From Carcharhinus amblyrhynchos (Eukaryota): a DNA stretch of 64,000 nucleotides. The stretch is taken from the NCBI GenBank assembly GCA_965287045.1, contig OZ336882.1:43462001-43526000 (forward strand). Direction: 5' to 3'. Shown one piece after another: positions 14,115 through 26,700 of this stretch; the first letter of the stretch is position 1; each line of letters begins with the position of its first letter. The translations under genes were made by a program, and so were the position numbers. The notes under the pieces were generated by a model. It had not been told where the DNA came from. It saw nothing but the letters and a program-made list of their open reading frames with translations, and did not search any database.

Positions 14115-14200
14115 GGCCGGAGTTTGGGACTGGAAATGGAGGCCGGAGTTTGGGACTGGAAATGGAGGCCGGAGTTTGGGACTGGAAATGGAGGCCGGAG
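14115..14200. repeat. 26-bp minisatellite, 3 perfect copies + partial
   Basis: Unit ggccggagtttgggactggaaatgga starts at 14115, 14141 and 14167; partial copy at 14193. Confidence 0.95.
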
Positions 14201-14398
14201 ATTGGGGGGAGGAGGCTGGGGTTTGGGGCTGTGCAAGGAGGCTAGTTAAATAGCAAATCCCAGGACTCATGATCAGCAGTGTAGATCAGGTTAGTGTTTA
14301 ACTTGGAGAGGAATTTAAAGATAATGATGTACCCGAACATTGTTGTGTCTGCCCTGCTTAATGCAAGTGCTTGCAATGGAATGAAACATAAAAGTAAT

Positions 14399-14696
14399 GT
14401 TTATTTATTCGTCACAAGTAGACTTACATTCACACTGCAATGAAGTTACTGTGAAAATCCCCTAATCGCCTTACTCTGGCACCTGTTTGGGTACAGAGGG
14501 AGAATTTAGCATGGCCAATGCACCTAACCAGCACTTCTTTTGGACTGTGAGAGGAAACCAGAGCACCTGGAGGAAACCCACGCAGACATGGGGAGAACAT
14601 GCAGTCTCCAACAGACAGTGATCCAAGCCAGGAATTGAATCCAGCTCCCTGGTGCTGCGAGGTAGCAGTTCTAACCACTGTGCCACCATGCTACCC
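14399..14696 (-). mobile_element. HE1/V-SINE-like tRNA-derived SINE (tail type B)
   Basis: Minus strand: ggtggcacagtggttagaac (A box) ... ggattcaattcc (B box) ... V-domain tctgcgtgggtttcctccaggtgctctggtttcctc; tail ggattttcacagtaacttcattgc...cttgtgacgaataaataa. Confidence 0.9.
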
Positions 14697-14799
14697 CAGT
14701 TAGGCACTGTTAAAGTAACTTTGCTGAATTGGTGCATTGCAGACACTATGCAAGATGCTGAATCAAATGGCATGATGCTGAACAAAGAAAGGAAACTGG

Positions 14800-14965
14800 T
14801 CATATTTTTGAAGAACTCCCAGTTCTTATTTGAAACCTGTGACGGGATCTTTTAACATCCACACCACAAGCTGAGTGAGAATCAGTTTAATAACTCGTCT
14901 GAAGAGCTAAACTCCCAACAGTGCAGCACGAATATTGCTGCAGTGTCAAATTCAACTATGTGCTG
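14800..14965 (-). mobile_element. Degenerate SacSINE1/Deu-SINE-like fragment
   Basis: gggatcttttaacatccac...cagtttaa...cagtgcagcac...gtgtca, homologous to the 21500-21610 and 46060-46160 segments. Confidence 0.55.
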
Positions 14966-17900
14966 GTGAAAGCCAAGATGACAACTAACCACTTCAAAAG
15001 GTAAACCTCCGCATGTAAATGATGTTACAAAGTCTGATGTATCCCATTATTAGTGAAAATCAGCAAAGAATTGTGCTGTTACAGTGGCCTCAATGCCAGA
15101 TCTACATTGAGTTCTGTCCTCGGTCCTGTTACTAACCATCAATTATTCTTCATGCCTGTTCCATGGCTTAAAGCTTTGCCCAATTAAATTCCCTAATTTG
15201 CCTCCTGCTGCTGCTATGCAGATAGCAGTTGCTGCTGGGAACTTGCTGTGGAGCTGGTCTGATAGCAGTCAGTCAAAATTTCCTGCTCCCCCCTCCCCCC
15301 CGACAAATCCCCACACCTCCAAATGTGCCTCCTCAAGGCTGGGGAAAAGTCAGTCAACTGTCTTTGAAGCTCCAAGACAAAGCAACCCAATGGACACAGC
15401 AATTGCTGCGCACATCCCTTCCCTCTTCAGCAGAACAAAGGCATGAGCTGGTTTGCTCAACCACTTACCTCTTTCACCATCTCCATCTGTTCCTGCTCAT
15501 GTGCTCATTGATTTGCCCAACGTACTCCTCTGAAGATCACTGTTTAAATTTGGTGGGAACTGACTGTTGAGATGATATTTAGTACGACAAGTGAGTAACA
15601 GTGCGTTGTTAGCAAGTCATTTATTTCATTCTGCATTGTATCCTTCTCTGAGTCACTTAATAGATGTAAAGACAGGGAACAAGCTAAAGGAAGTATGCCA
15701 AGCACGTGTTAGATTACTGTAAGTGCTAGACCACAGCAGTGTGTTATGATCAAGTGAAAAATGAACTTGTGGGAGAGTTAAAGAGGAAGAGGAAAGACAG
15801 TGAGGATTTCCACAAATCCTGCTATGACACCAGGCTTCTCGCTTTTCCCTCTTCAATAATATCACATCCAACTGACGTTAGAAGTGTTGGAGAGCTACTG
15901 GTTGCCTCTGTTTATACAATGAGGCTTCTTACCTTGGCACACATTCTAAGATCACTACATTTCTTTTGGTATTGCAGTCAGATCGTAATATAAATACTAT
16001 TGGCATTTCCATGCTCTGTCACCTCTTGCCATGCTTGTTCACCACCTAGCATTGGAACTGATCAACTCTCTGAGAGGTCAAAGGCTGTCACTTTTCTCAC
16101 TAACACCTCCACGGCTGGTCCTAAAAATACTTAGAGCCAACACCGGGGCTCTTCTGCCCTCAAACATATTCTTGCTGTCTGTTTCTTCCCTCCATAAGTA
16201 AAATTCCCCTTCAAGATGATGCAAGGTCTTAAGATCTGAGAGCACCTCTTGCAAGCTGGATTTTACAGGTGGTCCTCACCAACCCACTTCCACTACTGTC
16301 CTGCACTCCCTGCCCACCCTCCTGCCCCAACCGTATCGCGCCCCCCCACACCACCGCACCCCCCCCCCCCCCGCCCCCAACCCCCACCCCAGCAAAGACG
16401 CCAGTGAAGAACGGTTACCCTGCAGTCACTTAACAGCTGATTGGCAATTAATAGACTGAAGGTGGGATTTCAGCCCCTCAAGCACTGAAGGTTCCACCTC
16501 AGGGAGAACTGCCAGTCAGTCAGAGGCTGGCAGTTCTCCAGGATTGAGCAATATTGAGAAGTAGGCAGTATTAACATTTTTGCACATTATAAATTTATTC
16601 TGTGTCTTACAGGCTACACGTGGCTTAGATTAAGTTGTGACAATTTTTCCAGGAGATTTTCCTGTCTGGTTATTGGGCGTACTCAGTTTTCCAAATCTTT
16701 GATAGTCTGCGCTCTGCAGAGTACCGTGGGGGTGAGTGTGGGGGCGAGGCCTATTCCCTCCCAAGAGGTGGCATCTGATTGACTGGCAGTTCTCCAGGAC
16801 CAGCAGCACCACTGAGAGGGGTGACAAATGCCAGTCCTGCATGCAGGGTTGGAGGAGGCGAGCTGCACCGGATCATGACTTGTAAGTGTTTCTGAGGTAC
16901 CAAGTTGACCAGCAAGTTGGGATGGAGGTAGAGCTTTGGGAGGCTAAGAGAGATGAGAAGCAAGGGAGAGTAACACTTTGTGAGGGTGGATGGCCCTGGG
17001 GTGACTGATCGAGTAGAATGATGTAGGTTTACTCATCAACGATAAATCAACTTGTTGATTTCGTTAACAACCCCCACAAAATATAAGAAAGTTTATTTAT
17101 CAATAAATTTACAAATGGGATAGCCATTCAGGACTGCAAAGTTCAAACAATTTAGATGAGTTTTCTCAATGCAGAACATCAAAGAATAGCACTGGTGATG
17201 GTATTTCTAAATCCTGAGAAACAGTTTCTATCCAACATCCAAAGATTGCTCTGAACCTGTCAGTTTTGAGAATATTATCATGTGATCTATGCATTCTGTA
17301 CCACTAAACCAATAAACAGCAATGTTGTACCACAGCTGGAATATAGGCGGTATTTCACCTGTGGGTGATCTTATAAATCGGGTGGGAGGGAGGGGGAGGT
17401 GGTGTATGTGTGCTGATCCTCCCGGCCCTCTATGGTGCTCGAGTAGCACAGCGGCATGGGATACATTAGGGGAACTCCTGCACTGGGACCCATGACTGGC
17501 ATCCCGCCAATTGCAAGTCTCCCAGCCTTTTTTTCAATGTAATCAGCCACACACTGGAAATCAGCGTGAGGCTGATTATAATATTGAAATCATTATTTAA
17601 ATATCATTAGCGAGTCCAGGAAGGTATTCTCCAGGTTTACTAGTGTCTACCCCTCTGCAAGGAGCGGTTCCCACCAGCAGGGATTAAAGCTGGTTCCCAT
17701 CAAAGGAGACCAGGCATAATCACCCTCCTGGTGAGGAAAGAAGCCACTGAAGCCCCCCTGGGAGGTTGAGGGTAGGAGGTTGCCCCTTGGTCACTGCCAG
17801 CCTGGCACCCTGGCAGTGCCAGCCTAGCACCCTGGCAGTGCCCAGCCTGCACTGGGCAATGGCAAAGGCGCAGGACCAGAGGTGGGCAGGGCTGGTGGTG

Positions 17901-18949
17901 GGGGGGAAATCCACTGCACACTCTGCATTAGGGAATCGGAGGGAGAGTGAGGGCGGAGGTGATCAGGGCTGCATATGACGGTGAAATTGGGTCTACACAT
18001 GGTGGGGGGGGCGTTGGGGTGGGTGTGGGGTTGAAATCGGAGGGCCGGCATTGTAACAGACCAACACTCCCAGTATGTGATTACAGTAATAAAGATTTCA
18101 TTTTAAGCCCCGGCAGATTTTGAGCCTGTTTAATTTGTATGGTGTACAGGATTGCTTAGAGGAGTGGTTCTTGACATTGAGTGTGAGAAAAATGTTTGAA
18201 TAAAATCCAAAGCTGTAACTCTGCCTTCCAGCCATTTCTTTACGTTGATCTTTCTTTCCTTTGCTCTCTAAAATTTACTTTGGAGTTAATATAGGGTTTT
18301 AATTGGTCTTGTTCTGCAGGAATCAGTGACTGTGACATTACCTGTAGTTGAGGAGTGATGAAATTGCTGATTGTGGCATAATCACAGTCATTTATCTGCA
18401 GTTTGATTGCCAAAAGTAACAGTTATATAATGTTCAATCATTCATGTACTTTTGATGGAGTTCAAACCCTCCACATTTTTCACTATATTTACTTTTGCAT
18501 ATATGCATAAAGTTCCATAACATTTCATTTCATACTATGTTCTTTTTTAAACTATTGCTGTTTAATTAAGAAAAAAATGATAAAGTCACATTAAAGGAAG
18601 ATACTATTTAGTTGCATCATGCTTATCCAAAATGAACTAAACACACACCCAGTTCAATTCATTAATATTTCCGACCAAACCAGCAATGCAAGTGATGAGA
18701 TCTGGGATCAGCTTCCTTATGACATCTATTCTCCAACAAATCTGATTCAGCCTTATCTAAAATGATCAAGTTACAATTAGAGGATGAGGTTTTTGCTTGA
18801 CCTCATTGCAACATTATTCAAATTCTGCTGAAAGCAGTCACTACTACGTGGTTCACTTCTTGGGAGACAATTGTCAGTTGAGGATTCATTTAGAGAAGGC
18901 AAATAGTTTAGGAGTTAATCCTGGGCAAATGAATTGATTTTTCTGAATT

Positions 18950-19087
18950 AACAAGTTGCATTATATAACACCTAATGTGGTAAAACATGCCAAGGTAATT
19001 CACAAGGAGTTATCAAGCAATGTTTGACACCAAAACATGTAAGGGGATATTAGAACAGTGAACAAAAAGCTTAAGTCAAGAATAGGA
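18950..19087 (-). mobile_element. L2-like LINE 3' end (terminal part)
   Basis: aacaagttgcattatataacacct...caaggtaattcacaaggagttatcaa...tttgacacc: reverse complement of an L2-type tail (..gctatataaatgcaagttgtt). Confidence 0.6.
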
Positions 19088-20214
19088 TGGTCAGGTTTTC
19101 AAAAGTTAAAGCAGGGTCACACTGAAGAGCTTTGGAAAGGTGGATCTCCATTATGACTGACATGTTGGGCAACCAATGGCAGGTGTCTGGAGGAGGGGCA
19201 ATTGAAGATAGCAGATCATGTGGTGCCACTTCCCAAACATGTCCAGCCAGAGTTGGCAGCCCTGTTAAGACACCTAATTATTAAAAACAGCATTAACATA
19301 TCTGTGGTTCTATGATTCAATTACATCACATCCGCGCTGGAAATCAGCAGAGAGGCATAAGTTATAGAAATGAGAAATTTTATATATTTTAAATATCATT
19401 ATCAGGCCCGGGATTGAAGTCTCAGAGCTCTTACTGTATCTTATAAAAGACAAAAAATGGCCCATTGTAAACTGAAATGAAACATCATCTGATACACAGC
19501 CAGAAATTAGATTTATCCAGAAGGGAAAAGTAGAACAGTTTTAACAACAGCACGTAACTTCATTCACTTATTACCAGAAGCCTGTTCCACTTGCAGTTAC
19601 CAAATGGTTCATGTCCAACCCAGGGGTAAGCTTGCATTCACCCAAGTTATACATACAGAGGCATACACTCACTTCAAATGACCCACAGCTGTTTTAGAGG
19701 AATTACTTTGATTCAGTTAGCAGCTGGAATCTTGTTGATGTACCTCAAGAGTGAGACAATTGTATCCAGAGTTGCAAGCAACAAAGCGTGCAGTCTTCTA
19801 AATGAGAAGTTTGGCTCAACCACACTTGCCTGCCACCTGTCTCAGCATTGATTAGTAGACACTGATGTCAGTCTTACGTGGATTCTTTGTTCATTCTCCC
19901 TCGGGAATGGTTGCTGTGCACGTGAGAGCGTTATGGTGCAATTGCTAACAGTTAGCAAGTGAGCAGCATTCCAATTGGGGAGTGCAGCGTGAAAGTTTTT
20001 TTTAACCAACAGCAAGTCGATCATGGTGATGGGGAGAGTAAAAGGGAAGGGAGTTGAGGAGAGAGCGCATAAAGAGGCACTGATGTGTTGCCAAGGCCAG
20101 GAAAGGTACAAACCTGGACGTTTGAGCAGATAAAACTGTTGGCACACTCGAACCTTTAGTGAAAAATTGGACCTATCCAAGCAAAAACAGCATGTCTGGT
20201 CACCGTACCGAAGC

Positions 20215-20325
20215 AGTAGGTTTTAAGGAGCATCTTAAAAGAGCATAGAGAAGTAGAGGCAGAGTGTATAGAGAGGGAAATCCAAAGCTCAGGTCTGAGA
20301 TAACTAAAAGCCTCGCCACCAATAA
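20215..20325 (-). mobile_element. L2-like LINE 3' end (continuation)
   Basis: gtaggttttaaggagcatcttaaa...gagagggaaatccaaagctcagg...aaagcctcgccaccaat continues the L2 sequence broken at ~19087. Confidence 0.6.
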
Positions 20326-20448
20326 TGCATTAAAGCATGTTCATTTGAATTAAATATATATGCAGTCACGCAACTTTTCATAATGAAATAACTTGCATAT
20401 TATCATAGATCTTATTCCTTATATAATAACAGGTAAATATATTTAAAA

Positions 20449-21693
20449 AACTTGCACTTATAGAACACTTTTGTGACGATACTGTGCCTGTATTTTAATT
20501 GTGTTACTTTGCAGGTTTTTCAAGCAGTTTCTTTGCAAGTTTTATTGGCTCTGTTTTGTTTGTAGCTGGTGTTTTGTAATTGTTACTTAAGTAATATAAT
20601 GGACAACTTGTTTATTTTTAATCCAGACTAATGCAGTGTCCTGGATTTTTATGGGCCTTTTTGAATTGCTGGGTAGAACATGATTGACAGGTCAGGTGCT
20701 ACCGCGGGACAACTTTTTTTGCCACAGAAAAATCCAAGGTTTTAGCTTCATTTTGGTCAGAAGTTGTTTGGATTTGAGACAGAAAGGGTTGTTTCTTGTT
20801 TCCTTCTCTCTGGAGTTGAAAATTCTGCTGTCTGGGAGTTGCTGTTAGAAGCTATTGGAAAAAGGCAGTGTGTTTTTGTCTCTCTCTCTCCAGAGGCGTG
20901 CTGCAAGTTCCAGAACTGGGAAGCTTCAGAGTTTTAATTCAATATTCAAAGGACCAATTCAAAGTATGTGTTAAAAAGTGACAAAATCTAGGATCAGGTC
21001 AATAACTGGTTTTTGTGCCAAGTCTGGAAAGGAGTATATGATTGTGGGTATTGTTTGAATGGAGCATCATAGTTAGCTGTTAAGATTTGTACAAACATTT
21101 TTTTTTGTAATTGGTAGAAGTTATGCTGTTTTTTTCTAATTATAGGTTAACTGTGTTTTTAATAAGCTTTGTTTGATGAAAGCTTCCTAGTGGGTCACGT
21201 GAATCATACCTGAAGTGAAACACCTTATGCTCACTCATGCCAAATTCAAATATAAAAATATAGGGTCTGGGCTATCTTCATAAAACACCTTGGAGTTCCT
21301 CGACTGGGCCATAACATTTTTTGCAATTACCAGATGTGTCAATGTGCTTTGCAGCCAGTGATGTACTTTCTGATAATGTATCACTGTTGAAATGCAGCAG
21401 CTAGTTCATGCTCGGCAAACTGGATAATGTTTCTTTCTCCTGCTGACTGAGGGATAAATATTCTTCAGGACTCCAGGAATAACTCCTGTGCTCTTCCTTC
21501 AAATGGAGCCATGGTATATTTTACATCCACCCAAGCAGATAGATGGAATCTCAGTTTAATGTCACAACTGAAGGACAGCACCTTGGACAGTGCAACGCTC
21601 CCTTGACTTTTGTGCTCAATCCCTGGAGTGGGACATAAAGCTAGAATCTTGTGTTTTAGAGACAATTGTCAGAACAACTAAGCCATGGCTGAC
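20449..21693 (-). mobile_element. SacSINE1/Deu-SINE-like element, interrupted in its tail by an LTR-like insert
   Basis: Head at the right end (gtcagccatggcttagttg...cccactccagggattgagcacaa), central Deu-like core (gggtggatgtaaaa...ccatggc...gaagagcacaggagttattcc...aatatttatccctca), L2-like tail resuming left of 20472 (aacttgcacttatag). Confidence 0.75.
20472..21316 (+). mobile_element. Probable solo LTR (Gypsy-type)
   Basis: Begins TGTGAC, ends CCATAACA, non-coding, cleanly splits a SINE tail; flanks cttt/tttt are an imperfect TSD. Confidence 0.6.
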
Positions 21694-22499
21694 ACAAAAC
21701 TAGAATTTACCATGCATTAGCTATCGCCATTTAGTGAATCCATGTGCGCTGGTGCATCATAGTCCATTTTGTTAAATTGCATCAGCCTGTGCACAGTTCC
21801 AGTAAAACAGATTGATTGTGTTCCATTTCAGTTTTTAAATGTTCAGTTCCCTAGTCCAGAAAAATTCTGGACTAAGATATATGTGAACAACTCCTGTGAG
21901 ATCAAACTATATCATCGAGAGACATTATTGTTAATGATACATAATATTTCACTTAGAATAAATTGCCAAGTGATGTTTATAATAAACATAGTTACTTTCA
22001 TCGGCACTATAGCTGTGTGGGTTACATTAGTCATTCTTACGTACTTTATGTGCCAGATGATAAATTGAGATTTTAGCAAATAAGAGTTCTGTATCTATAA
22101 ATTGAGAGAAAAATCAGAAACAATAAATTGGTACAGTTTTGTGAGACTAATCACCAACAGTAAAAGCACTGATTAAAAGAGTTAGATGTACAATTGAAAT
22201 CCAATAAATTACTTCAATAAAAATGAAAGCTTGCTGATATTCAACTCTGTTTTATGCTTAATGAATAATCATAACATCTACATTTGGTCAGATTTTCTAA
22301 TCAGTTATCACTGTTGGTTGGAACCCTTTTGAAATACAAATCTGAATCTAAGGTGTTTCCTGATATAATTACAGAGCATTTTTAAGGTGCTATCTCACAT
22401 TTCCATGCTGCTTTGATTTTACACAGAGTTTCCTTTGTGATACTGCTTTTCATTTTATTTATAGTGAGCAGCTGTGCTTTAGCAATCATTGAAAATTAT

Positions 22500-23720
22500 A
22501 CATCAAATGGTCAGAGGAAGTAAATTGGTATGCACTGGTCTGCTGAACATGAGCTCAATGATGGAATTTAGTTGTACTTAAAGGTGTCGTTTTCAGATAT
22601 AACACTGCAATGTGCAAAACTTGTTTGGGCTGTCTACATTTGAAAATTAGGGATTTCAGTGTCTGAATAATTATCTCAGCTAGGCCATTAAATCTAGTGT
22701 AACGAGGAGAAGAAGTAGTGTGATTGACATTCCACTTCCCACACATTCCCTAAAATGCTTACCAATAAATTGTGGATCTTTATCCGTAACGATATCTAGA
22801 CACACTAAATAAATTGAAAATTGCACTTCAAATGTGCACGACAGTTGACTTATTATGCAATTGTAGAATAATTGGGTTTTTGGTAAAGTAGTTGATAATG
22901 ATGACAAAGTCAATGCCATGGATATGAAAGAGATGAGATGCAATTTGGACCAGGAATAGTTAGAAACTACATGTGGAATCAATGGTGCTTTGTGCTAATT
23001 TAACATAAGCTCCTGACTTTGCCTCACACTTCTTGATGACAACAACAATGCCATAGTTCATACCTAGCCAATAGACTGTCTCTCCCGAGGGTCTTTTCAT
23101 AAGATTTATGCCCACGTGTGAGTGAGGAAGTTGTTGAGGATTATCAGGATGCAAAGATTCCAGTATGATGGCCTGCCTTCCTTTAAAAATGACTCCCCGG
23201 GAGGTACCGAGATCATCCCTACAAGGCCAAAATGGTTTCACATGCTCATAGTCATGCTGAATCGAATCAGGCCATCCTTTAATTATGGTTTTCCACAGTT
23301 TCTGTAATTCAGAATCTTTTACTGTTTCCCCTTGTGGCTGCTGGCATTTGAGTTGCAGAAAATGTATCAGATCAATTTGCTGAATGACTTCAAGCTCGGT
23401 GTCAATGAACCAACTTTTTAATCTAAGATATAACTTCTGTTTTTGCTGGGTTAGGCAATCTGCTAAGTGTATCTGATGCAACCACCAAATGTCCTAGCTT
23501 GCACCTAATCTCACAGTTGTAACCTTGAATTTTTAACAAGAGTCGCCGCAATCTGGTGGTGCATTGGTCAAGTGTTTTCACTGAATCATCTCCTCTGGCT
23601 TGTGGTCAGTCCCTACCACAAATATTTAACCAAATAGATTGAAATCAAAATGCATTCATTGTATAGTTACCCAGAATAGAAAATGTAGACACATTTTCTT
23701 GCCTGTGCAGACAAATTCAT
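22500..23720 (-). mobile_element. Gypsy LTR-retrotransposon pol remnant (RNase H end + integrase)
   Basis: TDHKP motif (~23595-23610); ORF 22960-23481 IIKGWP...HSHVGI...VYWLGM...IKKCEA (zinc-binding region); core DIVTDKDPQFIG and HTTSSPRYTRFNGLAE; many stops and frameshifts. Confidence 0.9.
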
Positions 23721-26700
23721 GTACTCCAGTAACATCTTAAAAGGCTTCACCAATAGTAATTGTAATGTCCATTAAATGCATCCCACCCTTAAAAAAGCAA
23801 CGTTATTGAACACTTATACAATACAGTGCTAGTAAAGGTTAACATGAACATATTGGTCAGATTTGGATGAAATAATTTTGTATTTGAATACATAATTATT
23901 CAACAGTAATATTCACAAATTATATACGCACTGAAGTAATCCTAATTGGGTTGTGTGGGAGCAAGCAAACGAACTGCAATGGTTGAGATTGTTTTGGGGA
24001 CTTTTAAAATGCCTGAGTATCCCTAGGTGAAATAAGGTGGACCATATGATGACTGTACATTCCCTGGAGTGATAAATATGCTGCAGAAAAGAGACTGGCA
24101 CACTTTCAGGTAGTACACAGCATGTCAAGGTGACCCACCTACTGCCTTCATTCAATTATTCACTCATGCAATAATCAAGCGCTAACATTATTGAACATTT
24201 CAGCTCACAATTAAATACGCAACTGAGGATATTTTGCCCGCTCTGGTTTTATTTCCAGTTTAAGCAAGTATAAAGAAAACTTTTAATGGCTGAATGAATT
24301 TTGTATTTTTCCAATACTGTACTTCAGACCATTTGTATTATTAGACTGTAAATGGTCATGATTTATTAACCCATATCACAACATGGATCCTATTAAGTGA
24401 AGTATTATAAAAGATTTGAACTTCTGTTTGAGTAACTTATTTAATAATCATGAAGTTGCAAAAAGCAGAAAAAACATATTGACCTTTACTCCAACAGGTC
24501 ACTGCTGATGTTTTCTGACTGTCTAAATAAAAGCATGTTACTATTACATAAACCAGCATTTCCAACAATCTCAATCTCAATAATGAGTAATTCTGCTGTA
24601 TTAGGAGATGGGGACTGGACTAAGAAACTACTTAAAATCTATCTCTTTGACCAAACATTTAGCCAAGATCTCTTTATATATGTTAAATTTTATTTGAAAA
24701 TTCTCTTATGAAGTGCCTTGGGACCTTTGTGACATCAAAGATGCTATATATGTATAAGTTGTTATGGTAGAATCCACTCCATTAATTGAAGTCCAAATAA
24801 AACTAGCAGTTTGGAGCCTAATGCTCTGATGTATACTTTCATAATACGATTTTATTAAATATAAAGTTTTTTTTAACATGCATCTTCTAGAAAACTGAGT
24901 AAAATGTTTTTTTTTAAGTTACGTGTATCTTGTGAGCTTGCTGCTAGCACAGTCCTCTGTATTTTAGGATGTTAAACGGTGCCATTTCTACCTGCCCTGA
25001 TTGACAATATGCAACCCACAGTTATAAATACCAGGGAAATTTTCTAGATAATATTTTCTTCAGCTGCTAGACAGTGCTTCCTTCTGACTAAAAATATATG
25101 ATTTATGCAATCTCATTTGGCTACCTTCTCCTAGTCCTCTAATAACTAGATAAATCTCTTAATTGTTAGGTATAAGGAGTCATACTTTACACTGTGGGGA
25201 GCAAAATAAATCAGTGTTCAGTTATATGCCAAATGCTGAGGGAGGTATTGTTCATAAGTTATTTTGACATAGCATGAAAAATAGATGAGGGTTTATTAAA
25301 TGCAGGCCGTGCTTCCTTTATTTTCTGCGGGCTTCAAAATATTTATAAAATGAAATCATTGTTTAATTGGATTAAAATACGGTGCATGCTCATCATGCAA
25401 ACATGGTTCAAACAGTTGTAATGAATTAGGTTTAAATAATTGTATATAGTGGGAGGTGAGATACTCGCAAATTAATTAATAACGCTCATCAGTATTGCAG
25501 GTACTTCTTTCTAATCTGTTTGCTATTTGATAGAACGGGCTGTGACTAGGGAAAACAAGCAGGTCAGAATAGGGTAATTTAGCTTTGAATTGATCCAATG
25601 TACTTTAAACATTAAGTTAAAATCTTTAGGGTTCTAAAGTTATATTCAAGATAAACGGCCTCAGTTTATAACTCCATTTGTCAAGAATGGCTGCAGAGAG
25701 ATGGATTGATTTGTTCTAAATTACTGCAAAAAGGACTGAACATCTTTGAGTGGTTTAAATGTCCCAAGTGACTTGCTTTTATTTGGTTTTTCTCGCCGAG
25801 ATCATACAGCCCCTTGATTTCTCCCTCATCTTGCAATTTTGTCTACGAAGTGAATAATGAGAATGACAAACTGAACAGTGGTGTCTATGGACTCAGTGGT
25901 TACTCAAATCTGTATTTTTATTTTTTTCCCCTCTGTTTACTCTGCTCTTATGGAAGAAGTGATAGCTTCTATGATTCATCCTGCGGAGAACTTGCCAGTC
26001 ACACTAGATCCAAGACCAACTGATGCGAGAGAGAATAGTGCTGCTTCTCTATGCGGGGTTGGAGAGTTATGCTGTTGTATGATGCCTGGTGAACTTGCAA
26101 ACTGAGACTTAGTGAACTCCTGCTCAAGGTGGGCAGACACAGGCTCCTGGCGCTCCCTGAGCCTGAAGGAAGCCACTTGTGATTAAAGTTTCCACTTTTA
26201 TATTGAATAAACGCTGAATAGACATTCTCTTGAATTGGTTTGGCATTACTTGTGTATATATATAGCAGTGAACTGGCTCTATATTAGCTGCATGTATCTT
26301 TCAGCTGCATTTTCTACTGATTTCCCCCACCCACCCCCCACCTTTGTGCCATGTCAGCCCTCCACTCTGCCTCCCTGAGTAGCACTATTTTTTGCAACTC
26401 TCTATCACTCTGTGCTCAGTGGCATTTTGGCTGTGGAGCAACATGCACTCTTTCAGTTTTCCTCTCTGCTATCGGGAAATGTCCCACTGGGAGACCCAGT
26501 CAGGAGCTGACAAAACTCATTAGAAGTGTGAAAGCTGAAGCTGTGACTATGAGAGTGTGAAGCAAGCATCTTAACCCTTAGGAAACTAAAAGAATTTCCT
26601 TTAGGAACTCTGTTGCCAGCAGCCTCTTCCTGGTAAATCAAGCAACTTCTATAAACTTATTAGTGAATTCTAAATCTTTCTAATACACGTTTCTAAAAGA

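Noticed and set aside
14115-14200. CRISPR-like array
   Set aside because: Repeats are contiguous with no spacers and the DNA is vertebrate; simple minisatellite.
15739-15993. 84-aa ORF with an NLS-like KRKRK
   Set aside because: GTG start, no homology I recognise and no clear splice boundaries.
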